DNA of 64,000 nt, from assembly GCA_963704165.1 (NCBI GenBank), contig CAVPHD010000007.1:128001-192000 (forward strand). The letters run 5' to 3'. Below, one piece after another: positions 1 to 9,643 of the stretch. The notes under the pieces were generated by a model. The model saw nothing but the letters and a program-made list of their open reading frames with translations. It did no database searches and was not told the DNA's origin. A program made the position numbers and the translations under genes. Position 1 is the first letter of the stretch. Each line of letters begins with the position of its first letter. Source of the stretch: an uncultured delta proteobacterium. GTDB lineage: Bacteria; Myxococcota_A; UBA9160; SZUA-336.

Positions 1-1
1 C

Positions 2-655
2 GATCCGTCGCCGACGATCTGCACCTCGATGTGGCGCGCGCGCGGCAGCAACGCTCGACGTAGAGCTCGTCGTTTCCGAACGCGCTCCGCGCCTCGGAGC
101 GGCAGCGCGCGTATGCAGCGTCGAGCTCCTCCGCGTTCGTTGACGGCACGCATGCCGCGACCGCCGCCGCCGGCGATCGCCTTGATCATCACCGTCGCCG
201 TCCGCGCGCGCGAGGAAGTCACGCGCCTCGTCGAGCGATCCGTCGGGCGCGTCCGTTCCCGGCAGCAGCGGCACTCCGCAGCTGCGTGCGAGGTCGCGCG
301 CGCGTGCCTTGTCGCCGAAGAGCTCGAGCACGTCCGGCCGCGGCCCGACGAAGCGGATTCCGGCTTCCGCGCAGCGCCGCGCGAAGGCGGCGTTCTCGGC
401 CTGAAAGCCGTAGCCCGGGTGGATCGCGTCGCAGCCCGCTTCTCCGGCCAACGCGACGATCTGCGCGATGTCGAGGTAGGCGGCGGCACCGGTACCTCGG
501 AGCGGTCGCGCTTCGTCCGCGCGTCGCGTGTGCAGCGAGCGAGCGTCGTCCTCGGAATGGACGGCGACCGTGTACAGGCCGAGCTCGGCGGCCGCTCGCG
601 CCACGCGGATCGCGATCTCTCCCCGGTTGGCGATCAGAAGGCGCGTGACGGACAT
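2..655 (-). CDS. Biotin carboxylase domain protein (acyl-CoA/pyruvate carboxylase family), N-terminal part; runs off the window
   Basis: Own translation from ATG at 655 gives MSVTRLLIANRGEIAIRVARAAAELG...AIHPGYGFQAEN...MIKAIAGGGGRGMR, all hallmark biotin carboxylase motifs. Not in the ORF track because it is truncated. Confidence 0.92.
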   Translation of the reverse strand, partial: MSVTRLLIANRGEIAIRVARAAAELGLYTVAVHSEDDARSLHTRRADEARPLRGTGAAAYLDIAQIVALAGEAGCDAIHPGYGFQAENAAFARRCAEAGIRFVGPRPDVLELFGDKARARDLARSCGVPLLPGTDAPDGSLDEARDFLARADGDGDDQGDRRRRRSRHACRQRTRRSSTLHTRAAAPRRGARSETTSSTSSVAAARAPHRGADRRRRI

Positions 656-730
656 GGGACTCCCCAAAGAGTCGGAAGTATCGCAGCTGCGGTAGGCTCA
701 CGCGTCGTCGGGTTCGGGAGGGTGGAACGC

Positions 731-1539
731 ATGCAGGCACAGGCGGAGACGCGCGCCCACGTGGAGCGCATCGCGCGACAGGGCTACACGGTGCTCGAGC
801 GCGCGATCGAGACCGATCTGATCGAGGAGCTCGACGAGGCTCTGCTCCGGCTGGAGCGCGAGCGAAGCGTGCGCCCGGCGATGAACGGCTTCGAAGGCCA
901 TCGCACCGTGCGGATCTACAATCTGCTCGCGCACGCCCGCGTCTTCGAGCGAGTTCCCGTGCACCGCGCGGTGCTGCCGATCGTGGAGGGCGTGATCGGC
1001 GAAGGCTGTCTGGTCTCGTCGCTCTCGTCGATCGCGATCGATCCGGACGAGGTCGCGCAGCCGATCCACGCCGACGACCAGCTGATCCCGCTCGCAAAGC
1101 CCCACCACCCGATCATCTGCAACTCGATGTGGGCGCTCACCGACTTCACCGAGGCGAACGGCGCGACGCGTCTCGTACCGGGAAGTCATCGCCGCGAGAA
1201 CCCGAAATTCGGAACGACGTACGAGACGATCGCCGCCGTGATGCCGCGCGGCAGCGTGCTCGTCTGGGACGGCGCGCTCTGGCACGGCGGTGGTGCGAAT
1301 CGCACGCGTGCGCGCCGAACCGGAATCGCGATGAACTACTGCGCCGGCTTCATCCGCCAGCAGGAGAACCAGCAGCTCGGCGTTGCCGCTCGAAGTCGCT
1401 GCGCGCTTCGAGCCGAAGCTCCAGCGAGCTCTGCGGCTTTGGCGTCTACCGGGGCCTGATCGGACACATCGACAAGCGCAGCCCGCAGGAGCTGCTCGGC
1501 TCCGATGCGAGCTTCCGCTCGGTCTGGGAGCGGACCTAG
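731..1539 (+). CDS. Phytanoyl-CoA dioxygenase (PhyH) family 2OG-Fe(II) oxygenase, with two apparent +1 frameshifts near 1385 and 1426
   Basis: QPIHADD (HxD), WALTDFTEANGATRLVPGSH and LWHGGG motifs. The C-terminus reads continuously (QLGVPLEVAARFEPKLQELCGFGVYRGLIGH...) only after removing two bases. Confidence 0.88.
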
Positions 1540-2408
1540 GCGCGCGGTACGACGAGGCCGCCGCGGAGCGCAGTCTCGCCCGCGGCATTGCGCACCTCGA
1601 AGCGGATGGAGCCATCCGGCTCGGGCGCGAAGATCCGCACGCCCAGGTTCGAGGGCAGGGGCACCATCGCGGTGAAGCGGCCGGCGATGCGCGCGACGCG
1701 CTCGGGGTCGGAGCCGAGCATGCGATCGACGACCGCGCTCACCGCGAGCGCGAGCGTGGCCGTGCCGTGCAGGATGATTCCCGGCAGGCCCGCGCGGGCG
1801 GCGACCGCCGCGTCGGTGTGGATCGGATTCCAGATCCGCGCGCACTCCGTGTAGACGTGCGCGGCGGTCGCGGCGAGGGGGATCTCGATCTCGTCGAGCG
1901 GCATTCGATCGGGCGGGATCGGCGCGGGCGTGGCGGGCTCGTCGCCGAGCGCTCGATCCTCGCCGAGAACGGCGACGCCCCGGAAGAGCGAGCCATACCA
2001 GGTCGTGCAGACCGGCTCGCCGGAGAGGTCGCGCGTCTCGAGTCGGACGACCTGGAACGCGCCCGACGGCCGACGCTCGACCCGACTGATCCCGGCACGG
2101 GTCTCGAGCTCGACGCCCGCGCGCAGCGGACGGTGCAGCACGAGGTCGTGCGACGCGTGCACGCCGCGGACGCGTTCCTCCACCGAGAGTGCTTCGCCGA
2201 CGGGCAGGTGCCGGGTCGAAAGGAATGCCGGCCACTCGAAGCAGACCGGGAAGAGCGGGTGTGCGAGAACGTCGGGTCGGGCACGCGTATCGGTGTAGAG
2301 CGCGCGCGAATCGCCGAGCCCGGCCGCGAAGGCCATCGTCCAGCGCGCGTCCACGGCGCTCTGCATCGGCTCTCCGGAGATTCCGACGCTCTTGGAGTCG
2401 AGCGGCAC
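1536..2408 (-). CDS. MaoC/hot-dog fold dehydratase (double hot-dog, R-specific enoyl-CoA hydratase-like)
   Basis: WNPIHTD...AGLPGIILHGTATLA MaoC motif; N-terminal AHPLFPV and GVHASHDL segments. Confidence 0.85.
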   Translation of the reverse strand: MPLDSKSVGISGEPMQSAVDARWTMAFAAGLGDSRALYTDTRARPDVLAHPLFPVCFEWPAFLSTRHLPVGEALSVEERVRGVHASHDLVLHRPLRAGVELETRAGISRVERRPSGAFQVVRLETRDLSGEPVCTTWYGSLFRGVAVLGEDRALGDEPATPAPIPPDRMPLDEIEIPLAATAAHVYTECARIWNPIHTDAAVAARAGLPGIILHGTATLALAVSAVVDRMLGSDPERVARIAGRFTAMVPLPSNLGVRIFAPEPDGSIRFEVRNAAGETALRGGLVVPRA

Positions 2409-2454
2409 GACGCGATTCTAGCGTAGACTCGCACCTCCCTGTGGAGGAGCCCCC

Positions 2455-3579
2455 GTGCACACCGAGCTCTGCGAAAGACTGGGCATCGAGTTCCCGATCT
2501 TCGCGTTCAGTCACTGTCGCGACGTCGTCGCCGCCGTCTCGCAGGCGGGTGGATTCGGGGTCCTGGGCGCGGTCGGCTTCACGCCCGAACAGCTCGAGAT
2601 CGAGTGCCGCTGGATCGACGAGCACATCGGCGATCGCCCCTATGGCGTCGATCTCGTCATCCCGCAGAAGTACGAAGGGCAGGGCGAGCTCGACGCCGGA
2701 AAGCTCGAGGAGCATCTGCGCTCGCTGATTCCGGCCCGCCACCGCGAGTTCGTCGCGAAGCTGCTCGCCGACCACGGTGTGCCGGAGCTGCCACCCGAGA
2801 GCAGCTCGCGCGAGCTGCTCGGCTGGACGGGCGCCACCGCCGCACCGCAGCTCGAGGTGGCGCTGAAGCACGAAAAGGTCCGGCTGATCGCGAACGCGTT
2901 GGGCACGCCGCCGAGCGACGTGATCGAGCAGGTGCATCGCAGCGGTCGCCTCGTCGCCGCGCTCTGCGGGCGCGTGCATCAGGCCATCCGGCACGCCGAG
3001 GCGGGCGTCGACATCGTGATCGCGCAGGGCTCCGAGGGCGGCGGGCACACCGGCGACATCAGCAGCCTCGTGCTCTGGCCGCAGGTGATCCAAGCCGTGG
3101 CGCCCGTGCCGGTGCTCGCGGCGGGGGGAATCGGCACGGGATCCCAGATCGCCGCGGCGCTCGCGATCGGCGCGCAGGGAGTCTGGACCGGCTCGATCTG
3201 GCTTGCGGTCGAGGAGGCCGAAGCGCAGCCCGCCCAGATCGATTCGTATCTGCACGCGAGCAGCGAGGACACCGTCCGCTCGCGTTCGTGGACCGGCAAG
3301 CCGTGCCGGATGCTGCGAAACGACTGGACCGAGGCCTGGGAGAAGGAGGATGCGCCCAAGCCCCTCGGCATGCCGCTGCAGGGGATGGTCACGATGAACG
3401 CGATCGCACGCACCGGCCGTTACGGCTCGTCGCCGCAGGCTCAGGCCGTCGCCTTCAGCCCCGTCGGCCAGACGGTCGGCTTGATGAAGGAGGTGGTCTC
3501 CTGCCGCGAGCTGATCTACGGGATGGTCGAGGGGTACGTCGAAGCAGCCGAGCGGCTCGCAGCCCTGCAGCCGCGCTGA
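2455..3579 (+). CDS. Nitronate monooxygenase / FabK-like FMN oxidoreductase
   Basis: VAAVSQAGGFGVLG, AQGSEGGGHTG, PVLAAGGIG and GAQGVWTGS motifs; SD GGAGGAG upstream. Confidence 0.9.
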   Translation: MHTELCERLGIEFPIFAFSHCRDVVAAVSQAGGFGVLGAVGFTPEQLEIECRWIDEHIGDRPYGVDLVIPQKYEGQGELDAGKLEEHLRSLIPARHREFVAKLLADHGVPELPPESSSRELLGWTGATAAPQLEVALKHEKVRLIANALGTPPSDVIEQVHRSGRLVAALCGRVHQAIRHAEAGVDIVIAQGSEGGGHTGDISSLVLWPQVIQAVAPVPVLAAGGIGTGSQIAAALAIGAQGVWTGSIWLAVEEAEAQPAQIDSYLHASSEDTVRSRSWTGKPCRMLRNDWTEAWEKEDAPKPLGMPLQGMVTMNAIARTGRYGSSPQAQAVAFSPVGQTVGLMKEVVSCRELIYGMVEGYVEAAERLAALQPR

Positions 3580-3601
3580 ACCCAGGAGAGGAGAGGCGGT
3601 C

Positions 3602-4444
3602 ATGGCGATACTCGAGAGCGAGCTGCACGAGGCGCGCAACTGGTCCGCCGACGCCAAGGGTTCGATCCACGACGACGCCACGGCGGGCAAGCTCGGATTC
3701 CGCGGCGGAACGGTCGCGGGGAGCATCCACATGGACCAGTTCCCACCCGTCCTGCTGCGGAGTTTCGGGACTCGCTTCTTCCAGGACGGTGCGCTCTCGC
3801 TCTACTTCCTGAACGCGACCACGGATCGCGAGCCGGTCCGTGTCTACGCCGAGGAGCCGAGCGGTGGCGCGACGCAGGTTCGCGTGTGGATGAAGCGCGA
3901 AGACGGGCTCGACGTTTCCGAGGGGACCGCGTCCATCGGCGACGCCTCGAAGTCGGCGCTCCGCACGCGGGATCTCCGCGCGTGCGATCCGAGCGAGCTG
4001 CGAATACTCCGGGAGTTGCCGGCGGGAATGCAGCTCGGCGCGACGCAGGTCCGGCTCGGAACGGAGCGCCAGCGCGAGCGCATCGAGCGCGGGTTGTGCA
4101 GCGGACCGCTCGACTGGTACACGGGGCCGTCCCCGTTCGGGGGTCCGATCGCCGCACCGTCGGCGCTCGTCGAGCTGCTCTGGGCTCCGCCGACGAAGGC
4201 GCTCGGCGCCCACACGGGAAAGGCGGTCGGGCTCTTCGGCGCGATCGAGGTCGCGCACCTCGATGGCCCGGTCTTCCTCGACGAGACCTACACCGTGACG
4301 GGTCAGGTCGAGGCGGTCGGTCAGAGTCCGAAGACCGAGTACCTGTGGTTCGATTCGCTTGCGAGCGATGCCGGCGGACGTGCCGTCGCGAGCATGCGCA
4401 TGCTGCTTCGCTTCATGAAGGCCTCGTCTCCGCTCTACGCGTAG
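3602..4444 (+). CDS. Hypothetical protein, probable double hot-dog fold
   Basis: SIHDDATAGKLGFRGGTVAG resembles the MaoC hydratase motif, and there is a second FGGPIAAP repeat. Good SD and codon bias. Confidence 0.6.
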   Translation: MAILESELHEARNWSADAKGSIHDDATAGKLGFRGGTVAGSIHMDQFPPVLLRSFGTRFFQDGALSLYFLNATTDREPVRVYAEEPSGGATQVRVWMKREDGLDVSEGTASIGDASKSALRTRDLRACDPSELRILRELPAGMQLGATQVRLGTERQRERIERGLCSGPLDWYTGPSPFGGPIAAPSALVELLWAPPTKALGAHTGKAVGLFGAIEVAHLDGPVFLDETYTVTGQVEAVGQSPKTEYLWFDSLASDAGGRAVASMRMLLRFMKASSPLYA

Positions 4445-4596
4445 CGGCTCGCGAGTGCGCATGAGGCGCGGCTGTCCGCAGGCGCGCACGTCCGGGCGGC
4501 GTTCTCCCGCCGCCGGAGGTCGCCCCTCTGTCCGACCCGAGGGCGCTCGGTAATCTCTCGCGCCCTCGGTGTCGATCCGCTCGCCTGGAGACCTTC

Positions 4597-6345
4597 ATGA
4601 CGGCCAAGCTTCGCGCATTCCTTCGGGACTTCTGGACCCTGGCAGCTCCGTACTGGAGCTCGGAGGAACGTTGGAAGGCGCGCGGGTTGCTCCTCGTCGT
4701 CGTCGCGTTGAGCCTCGGTCAGGTCTACCTGCTCGTGCAGTTCAATACCTGGAACCGCGACTTCTTCGATGCGCTGCAGCAGTACGATCAGGCCGCCTTC
4801 GGCCCGCTCTTGCTGCGATTCGCGATCCTCGCCGCGATCTTCATCGCGGCGGCCGTCTACGGCCTCTACCTGCAGCAGATGCTGCAGATCCAGTGGCGCC
4901 GCTGGCTCACCGAACGCTACGTCGGTGAATGGCTCGAAGAGCGCGCCTACTACCGGATGCGGCTCGTCGACGTCGGCACCGACAACCCGGACCAGCGCAT
5001 CTCGGACGACCTCCGGCTCTTCGTCGAGCAGAGCCTCGGGCTCTCGCTCGGGCTCTTGCGCCAGGTCGTCACGCTCGCTTCGTTCGTCGCGATTCTCTGG
5101 GGTCTCTCGGGGGCGTTCGCCTTCAGCGTGGCGGGCGTCTCGATTTCTTTGCCCGGTTACATGGTCTGGGCGGCGCTCGCCTACGCGATCGCCGGAACCT
5201 GGCTGACGCACTGGATCGGGAAGCCGCTTCCGCGACTCAACTTCAATCAGCAGCGCTTCGAGGCGGACTTCCGCTTCAGCCTGGTTCGCGTGCGGGAGAG
5301 CTCGGAGGCGATTGCCCTCTATGGCGGGGAGGGCGACGAGGCGCGGCGGCTCTCGGATCGCTTCGGGGACGTGTGGCGGAACTGGTGGGAGATCATGCGC
5401 AGGCAGAAGCGCCTGCGGACGTTCACCGTCGGGTTCGACCAGGCGGCGGTGCTGTTCCCGTACCTGACCGCAGCGCCACGTTACTTCGCGAAGGAGATCA
5501 CCTTCGGCGCTCTCACGCAGACGGCGAATGCGTTCGGCCGCGTCCAGGACGCGCTCTCGTTCTTCGTCGCGGCGTACATCGAGATCGCGGACTGGAAGGC
5601 CACCGTCGATCGTCTGATCACGTTCCGCGGAGCGATCTCGGCGATGCACGCGCAGGCCCGCGAGGGAAGCGGGATCGAGGTCGCTCCGGGGGAGTCCGAC
5701 GGCGTCGTTCTGCAGGGACTGACGCTCGCGTTGCCCGGCGGCGACACGCTCCTGCGCGGCGCCGAGGCGAAGCTCGAGCGCGGCGAGCCGGTGCTCGTGA
5801 CCGGACCGTCGGGAAGCGGGAAGAGCACGCTCTTCCGCGCGCTCGCGGGGATCTGGCCCTTCGGCAGCGGGCGTGTCGAACGACCCGACACCGCGAAGTG
5901 TCTCTTCCTTCCCCAGAAGCCCTACCTGCCGATCGGCAGCTTGCGGGGCGCCGTGTCCTATCCGTCTCCCGAAGGAACCTTCCCCGACACCGAGGTCGGA
6001 CGCTGGCTCGCGGAATGCCGGCTGATCCACCTCGTAGAGAAGCTCGACGAGCACGACCATTGGGAGCAGCGGCTCTCGCCGGGCGAGCAGCAGCGGCTCG
6101 CGTTCGCGCGCGTCTTCCTGCAGAAGCCGCAATGGCTCTTCCTCGACGAGGCGACCTCGGCCCTCGACGCCGAGAACGAGAAGCACCTGTACGCGCTCGT
6201 TGCGAGCGAGTTGCCGGCGACCACGATCGTCAGCATCGGGCACCGCGCCGCGATCGAGCGCTTCCACCGCCGGAGGCTCCACCTCGGCGGAGACGGCGAG
6301 CTCCGTGCTCTTCCTCTCGCAGAGGCAGCTGCGCCCGCAAGCTAG
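4597..6345 (+). CDS. ABC transporter, fused permease/ATPase (YddA / SbmA-BacA / ABCD-like)
   Basis: DNPDQRISDD, EADFRFSLVRVRE, Walker [33 protein letters not shown]. Confidence 0.92.
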   Translation: MTAKLRAFLRDFWTLAAPYWSSEERWKARGLLLVVVALSLGQVYLLVQFNTWNRDFFDALQQYDQAAFGPLLLRFAILAAIFIAAAVYGLYLQQMLQIQWRRWLTERYVGEWLEERAYYRMRLVDVGTDNPDQRISDDLRLFVEQSLGLSLGLLRQVVTLASFVAILWGLSGAFAFSVAGVSISLPGYMVWAALAYAIAGTWLTHWIGKPLPRLNFNQQRFEADFRFSLVRVRESSEAIALYGGEGDEARRLSDRFGDVWRNWWEIMRRQKRLRTFTVGFDQAAVLFPYLTAAPRYFAKEITFGALTQTANAFGRVQDALSFFVAAYIEIADWKATVDRLITFRGAISAMHAQAREGSGIEVAPGESDGVVLQGLTLALPGGDTLLRGAEAKLERGEPVLVTGPSGSGKSTLFRALAGIWPFGSGRVERPDTAKCLFLPQKPYLPIGSLRGAVSYPSPEGTFPDTEVGRWLAECRLIHLVEKLDEHDHWEQRLSPGEQQRLAFARVFLQKPQWLFLDEATSALDAENEKHLYALVASELPATTIVSIGHRAAIERFHRRRLHLGGDGELRALPLAEAAAPAS

Positions 6346-6504
6346 CCGGATTCGATCGAGTTCGGGTGCAACCTGGGGTCTCGAACGCAACTCTTCGATT
6401 TTTCAGGGTTTCTGCCGGGACGAGGGTTGATCGGGCGGCCCCGCACGTGTTAGACTTTTGCCGCAGACGAGGCTCTTCCTACCGAACTCGAGGTTCAATC
6501 CCAG

Positions 6505-7182
6505 ATGCGCACACGGGTTTCGAAAGCTCTGATCGCGTTGGCCTGCATCGTCGCGTTCGCGGGCCTCTCCGGGAACGCCGCGGCCGGGCCGGTCGGAAGC
6601 GTCGGAGACAGCTTCTCGGTCGTATTCGGCGGGAACATCGGCGGCGTCGACGTGCCCGGTCTCTCGACCTCGGCCGTCTTCGATGTCGCCTCGATCTCGA
6701 ACCGGACGATGGTGCTCGACGTCACCCTGACGAATACCTCCACGGTGCTCTGGGAGACGGCCCGCGTCAGCGCCTTCGGCTTCAACACCAACCCCGAAAT
6801 CGCGAGCGCCTCGGTCAGCAGCAGCGTATTCGGAAACGTGAACCTCGGTGGCCACTTCCCGAACGGCTTCGGCTCGGTCGACCTGTGCGTGATCAACAAC
6901 CGAAACAACTGCACCGGCGGCGGCGGCGGCGGACTCGGAAGGGGCCAATCCACGACCGTCCGGTTGACCTTGAACTTCCACAACCCCGTCACCACCGTGG
7001 AGCTCGACAACTTCGGCGTCCGCTACCAGAGCCTGACTTCGAGCGCGCTCGGCTTCTCGGGTGCCTCGGGGACGGGCCGGCCCAGCAACCCGATTCCGGA
7101 GCCTCGCTCGACGGTGTTGTTCCTGGTCGGCGGCCTCGTCGTCGCGGGTCTGATCCGCAAGCAGGTTGTGGCGGCTCGCTAG
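6505..7182 (+). CDS. PEP-CTERM sorting domain protein (resembles the 'cistern' PEP-CTERM family)
   Basis: N-terminal signal peptide; C-terminal IPEP, then a hydrophobic TM segment, then a basic RKQ tail. Confidence 0.85.
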   Translation: MRTRVSKALIALACIVAFAGLSGNAAAGPVGSVGDSFSVVFGGNIGGVDVPGLSTSAVFDVASISNRTMVLDVTLTNTSTVLWETARVSAFGFNTNPEIASASVSSSVFGNVNLGGHFPNGFGSVDLCVINNRNNCTGGGGGGLGRGQSTTVRLTLNFHNPVTTVELDNFGVRYQSLTSSALGFSGASGTGRPSNPIPEPRSTVLFLVGGLVVAGLIRKQVVAAR

Positions 7183-7280
7183 CCCGGGCGTAGACTCGGG
7201 GTCGAGATGACGCTCGACCCGGCGGGATTCGACACCGGCATTCGCGAAGCGGGCTTCCCCCGCGTCATCGAGGCGCGCGT

Positions 7281-8057
7281 CTGATTCCCGGCGCGAAGAC
7301 GCCGCCGCGCTGCCAGATCGTCGTGCCTTGCTACAACGAGGCGGCGCGGCTGGATCTTGCCGCGTTCCGGAGCTTCGTGGCCCGCGATCCCACGGTCTCT
7401 TTCGTTTTCGTGAACGACGGCAGCAGCGACGCGACGCTCGCGCGCTTGCGCGAGCTCGAGACCACGGATCGCGCGTCGTTCTCGGTCGTCGATCTCCCCC
7501 GCAACGTCGGCAAGGCCGAGGCCGTCCGTGCGGGCCTGGGCGTCGCCTTCAAGTCGAGCGCCGATTTCGTCGGCTACTGGGATGCCGACCTTGCGACGCC
7601 TCTCGACGAGATCCCCCGATTCGTCGAGGTGCTCGAGCGATTTCCGGGAATCGAGATGGTCTTCGGCGCGCGGGTGCAGCTTCTGGGCCGGACCGTGCGG
7701 CGGAGCAGCGTCCGGCACTACCTGGGTCGCGTCTTCGCGACCGCGGTTTCGCACGTGATCGGTCTGGCGATCTACGACACGCAGTGCGGAGCGAAGCTGA
7801 TGCGCCGGACCCCCGAGCTCGCCGCTCTCTTCGACGAGAAGTTCTCCGTCGACTGGACCTTCGACGTGGAGATCCTGGCGCGGCTGATCCGATCGCGGCG
7901 CGACGGGTTGCGCACGAAGGCCTCGGAAGCCGTCTACGAGTTGCCGCTGGAGCGCTGGCACGACGTCGCCGGCTCGAAGGTGCGGGCTCTCGATTTCTTC
8001 GTCGCGTTCTTCGAGATCGCGAAGATCTGGTACAGATACCGCGGGAGGAGCGAGTGA
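7281..8057 (+). CDS. Glycosyltransferase family 2 (start uncertain)
   Basis: QIVVPCYNE, FVNDGSSD, NVGKAEAVRAG, DADLA, DTQCGAKL, FDVEIL. The conserved first strand begins before the GTG at 7323, so a start near CTG 7281 is likely. Confidence 0.88.
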   Translation: MIPGAKTPPRCQIVVPCYNEAARLDLAAFRSFVARDPTVSFVFVNDGSSDATLARLRELETTDRASFSVVDLPRNVGKAEAVRAGLGVAFKSSADFVGYWDADLATPLDEIPRFVEVLERFPGIEMVFGARVQLLGRTVRRSSVRHYLGRVFATAVSHVIGLAIYDTQCGAKLMRRTPELAALFDEKFSVDWTFDVEILARLIRSRRDGLRTKASEAVYELPLERWHDVAGSKVRALDFFVAFFEIAKIWYRYRGRSE

Positions 8058-9574
8058 GTCGTCGCACATCGAGACCACCGGTCTTCGGGCGCTTCCGCGA
8101 GCCACCGGTCGCGCGCGTTCGCGAGCTGCTCGCGAAGATGGTCGGGCTGCGTGTCGTCGTCGTCGGCGACGCGACCCTCGATGCCTACATCGTCGGCGAG
8201 GTCGAGCGGATCTCCCCGGAGGCTCCCGTACCGGTTCTCGCGGTCGAGCGCGAGGAGTTCATGCTCGGAGGCGCGGCCAACGTCGCGAAGTGTCTGGTCG
8301 CGCTCGGAGCCCGAGCGGGACTGTGTACGGTCATCGGCGACGACGCGGACGGTTCGATCTTCCGCCGCGAGGCCTCGAACCTGGGCATCGCGCAGGTCGG
8401 TATCCTCGCCGATCGCGCGCGCCTCACCACGCGCAAGACGCGCATCGTCGCGCGCCACCAGCAGGTCATCCGGTTGGACCGCGAGACCGTTGCGCCAATC
8501 TCGGCCGCCGTCGAGAAGCGCCTCCGCGCACGGGTCGCTTCGGCGGTTCGCGCGGCCGATGCGCTGATCCTTTCCGACTACGCGAAGGGCGTGCTGACGC
8601 CAGCCGTCTGCCGCGAAGCGATCGCTGCGGCCGGCCGAAAGCCGGTAGTCGTCGATCCGAAGAATCTGCCGTGGGAGGCGTTCCGCGGGGCCACGGTGAT
8701 GAAACCGAATCTGCGCGAAGCCGAATTCTACGCCGGCGCCCCCCTCGCGAATGCGGAGGACGCGTCCGCGGCGGCGCTGCGAATGACGAAGGAGCTCGGC
8801 ATCGATCACGCGCTGATCACGCGCGGGCAGGCGGGCATGCTGCTGGCGAGTTCAACGCGCGACGAGGGCGCATGGCTGCTCCAGATCCCCGCGCGCCGAC
8901 GGGAGCTGGTCGATGTGACGGGAGCCGGTGACGTCGTGGCGGCGAGCGTCGCGCTCGCGCTCGCGGCCGGAGCCGAGATCGACGAGGCGGCCTGGCTCGC
9001 GAACGTCGCCGCGGGTGTGAAGGTCGGGAAGTTCGGCGCGGCCACGGTCACGGGGCAGGAGATCCTCGCCGAGCTCGGCGCGAAGAGCGCGCGCTCGCAC
9101 GAGAAGGTCGTCGTGCGCGATCAGGCCGCGGAGCTCGCCGAGAAACTCAGGGCGCAGGGGCGAACGGTCGTGTTCACGAACGGCTGTTTCGACATCCTCC
9201 ACCTCGGCCACGTCCGCTACTTGGAGCGCTCGCGCGCGCTCGGCGAGGCGCTGATCGTCGGCGTCAACACGGATGCCTCCGTCCGGCGATTGAAGGGACC
9301 GGGACGACCGCTGCAGAGCGAACACGACCGGGCGCAGATCCTCGCGTCGCTGGAGTGTGTCGACGCGGTCGTGCTCTTCGACGAGGACACGCCGCTCGAG
9401 CTGATTCGCGCGGTGCGCCCGGGGGTGCTGACGAAGGGCGCCGACTACAAGAGCAAGCGCGACGTGGTCGGCTGGGACGAAGTCCAGGCCTGGGGCGGCC
9501 GCGTCGAGCTCGTCGAGCTCGTCGAGGGGCGATCGACCACGACCCTGGTCTCGAAGGCGCGCCGCCAGAGGTGA
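8054..9574 (+). CDS. hldE: Bifunctional D-glycero-beta-D-manno-heptose-7-phosphate kinase / 1-phosphate adenylyltransferase
   Basis: ERISPEAPVPV, GGAANVA, SDYAKG and DVTGAGD (PfkB kinase), plus FTNGCFDILHLGH and GRSTT (cytidylyltransferase-like). GTG overlaps the upstream TGA. Confidence 0.95.
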   Translation: MSRRTSRPPVFGRFREPPVARVRELLAKMVGLRVVVVGDATLDAYIVGEVERISPEAPVPVLAVEREEFMLGGAANVAKCLVALGARAGLCTVIGDDADGSIFRREASNLGIAQVGILADRARLTTRKTRIVARHQQVIRLDRETVAPISAAVEKRLRARVASAVRAADALILSDYAKGVLTPAVCREAIAAAGRKPVVVDPKNLPWEAFRGATVMKPNLREAEFYAGAPLANAEDASAAALRMTKELGIDHALITRGQAGMLLASSTRDEGAWLLQIPARRRELVDVTGAGDVVAASVALALAAGAEIDEAAWLANVAAGVKVGKFGAATVTGQEILAELGAKSARSHEKVVVRDQAAELAEKLRAQGRTVVFTNGCFDILHLGHVRYLERSRALGEALIVGVNTDASVRRLKGPGRPLQSEHDRAQILASLECVDAVVLFDEDTPLELIRAVRPGVLTKGADYKSKRDVVGWDEVQAWGGRVELVELVEGRSTTTLVSKARRQR

Positions 9575-9607
9575 GCGCCCGGTCCGACCGCTGCCGCGGG
9601 GGCCGGT

Positions 9608-9636
9608 TTGCAATTATTCGATCGATCGAATAATTT
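9608..9636 (+). promoter_or_regulatory. Sigma70-like promoter overlapped by a perfect 24-bp palindrome (TetR operator)
   Basis: TTGCAA-N17-TAATTT; AATTATTCGATCGATCGAATAATT at 9612-9635 is its own reverse complement and lies 8 bp before the TetR ATG. Confidence 0.8.
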
Positions 9637-9643
9637 AGAGCCC

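Noticed and set aside
4445..4596. Cobalamin riboswitch ahead of the BacA-like transporter
   Set aside because: The conserved B12-box and GGGAA core elements are not recognisable.
6916..6933. (GGC)n run in the PEP-CTERM gene
   Set aside because: It encodes a short poly-Gly linker in frame, with no evidence of phase variation.
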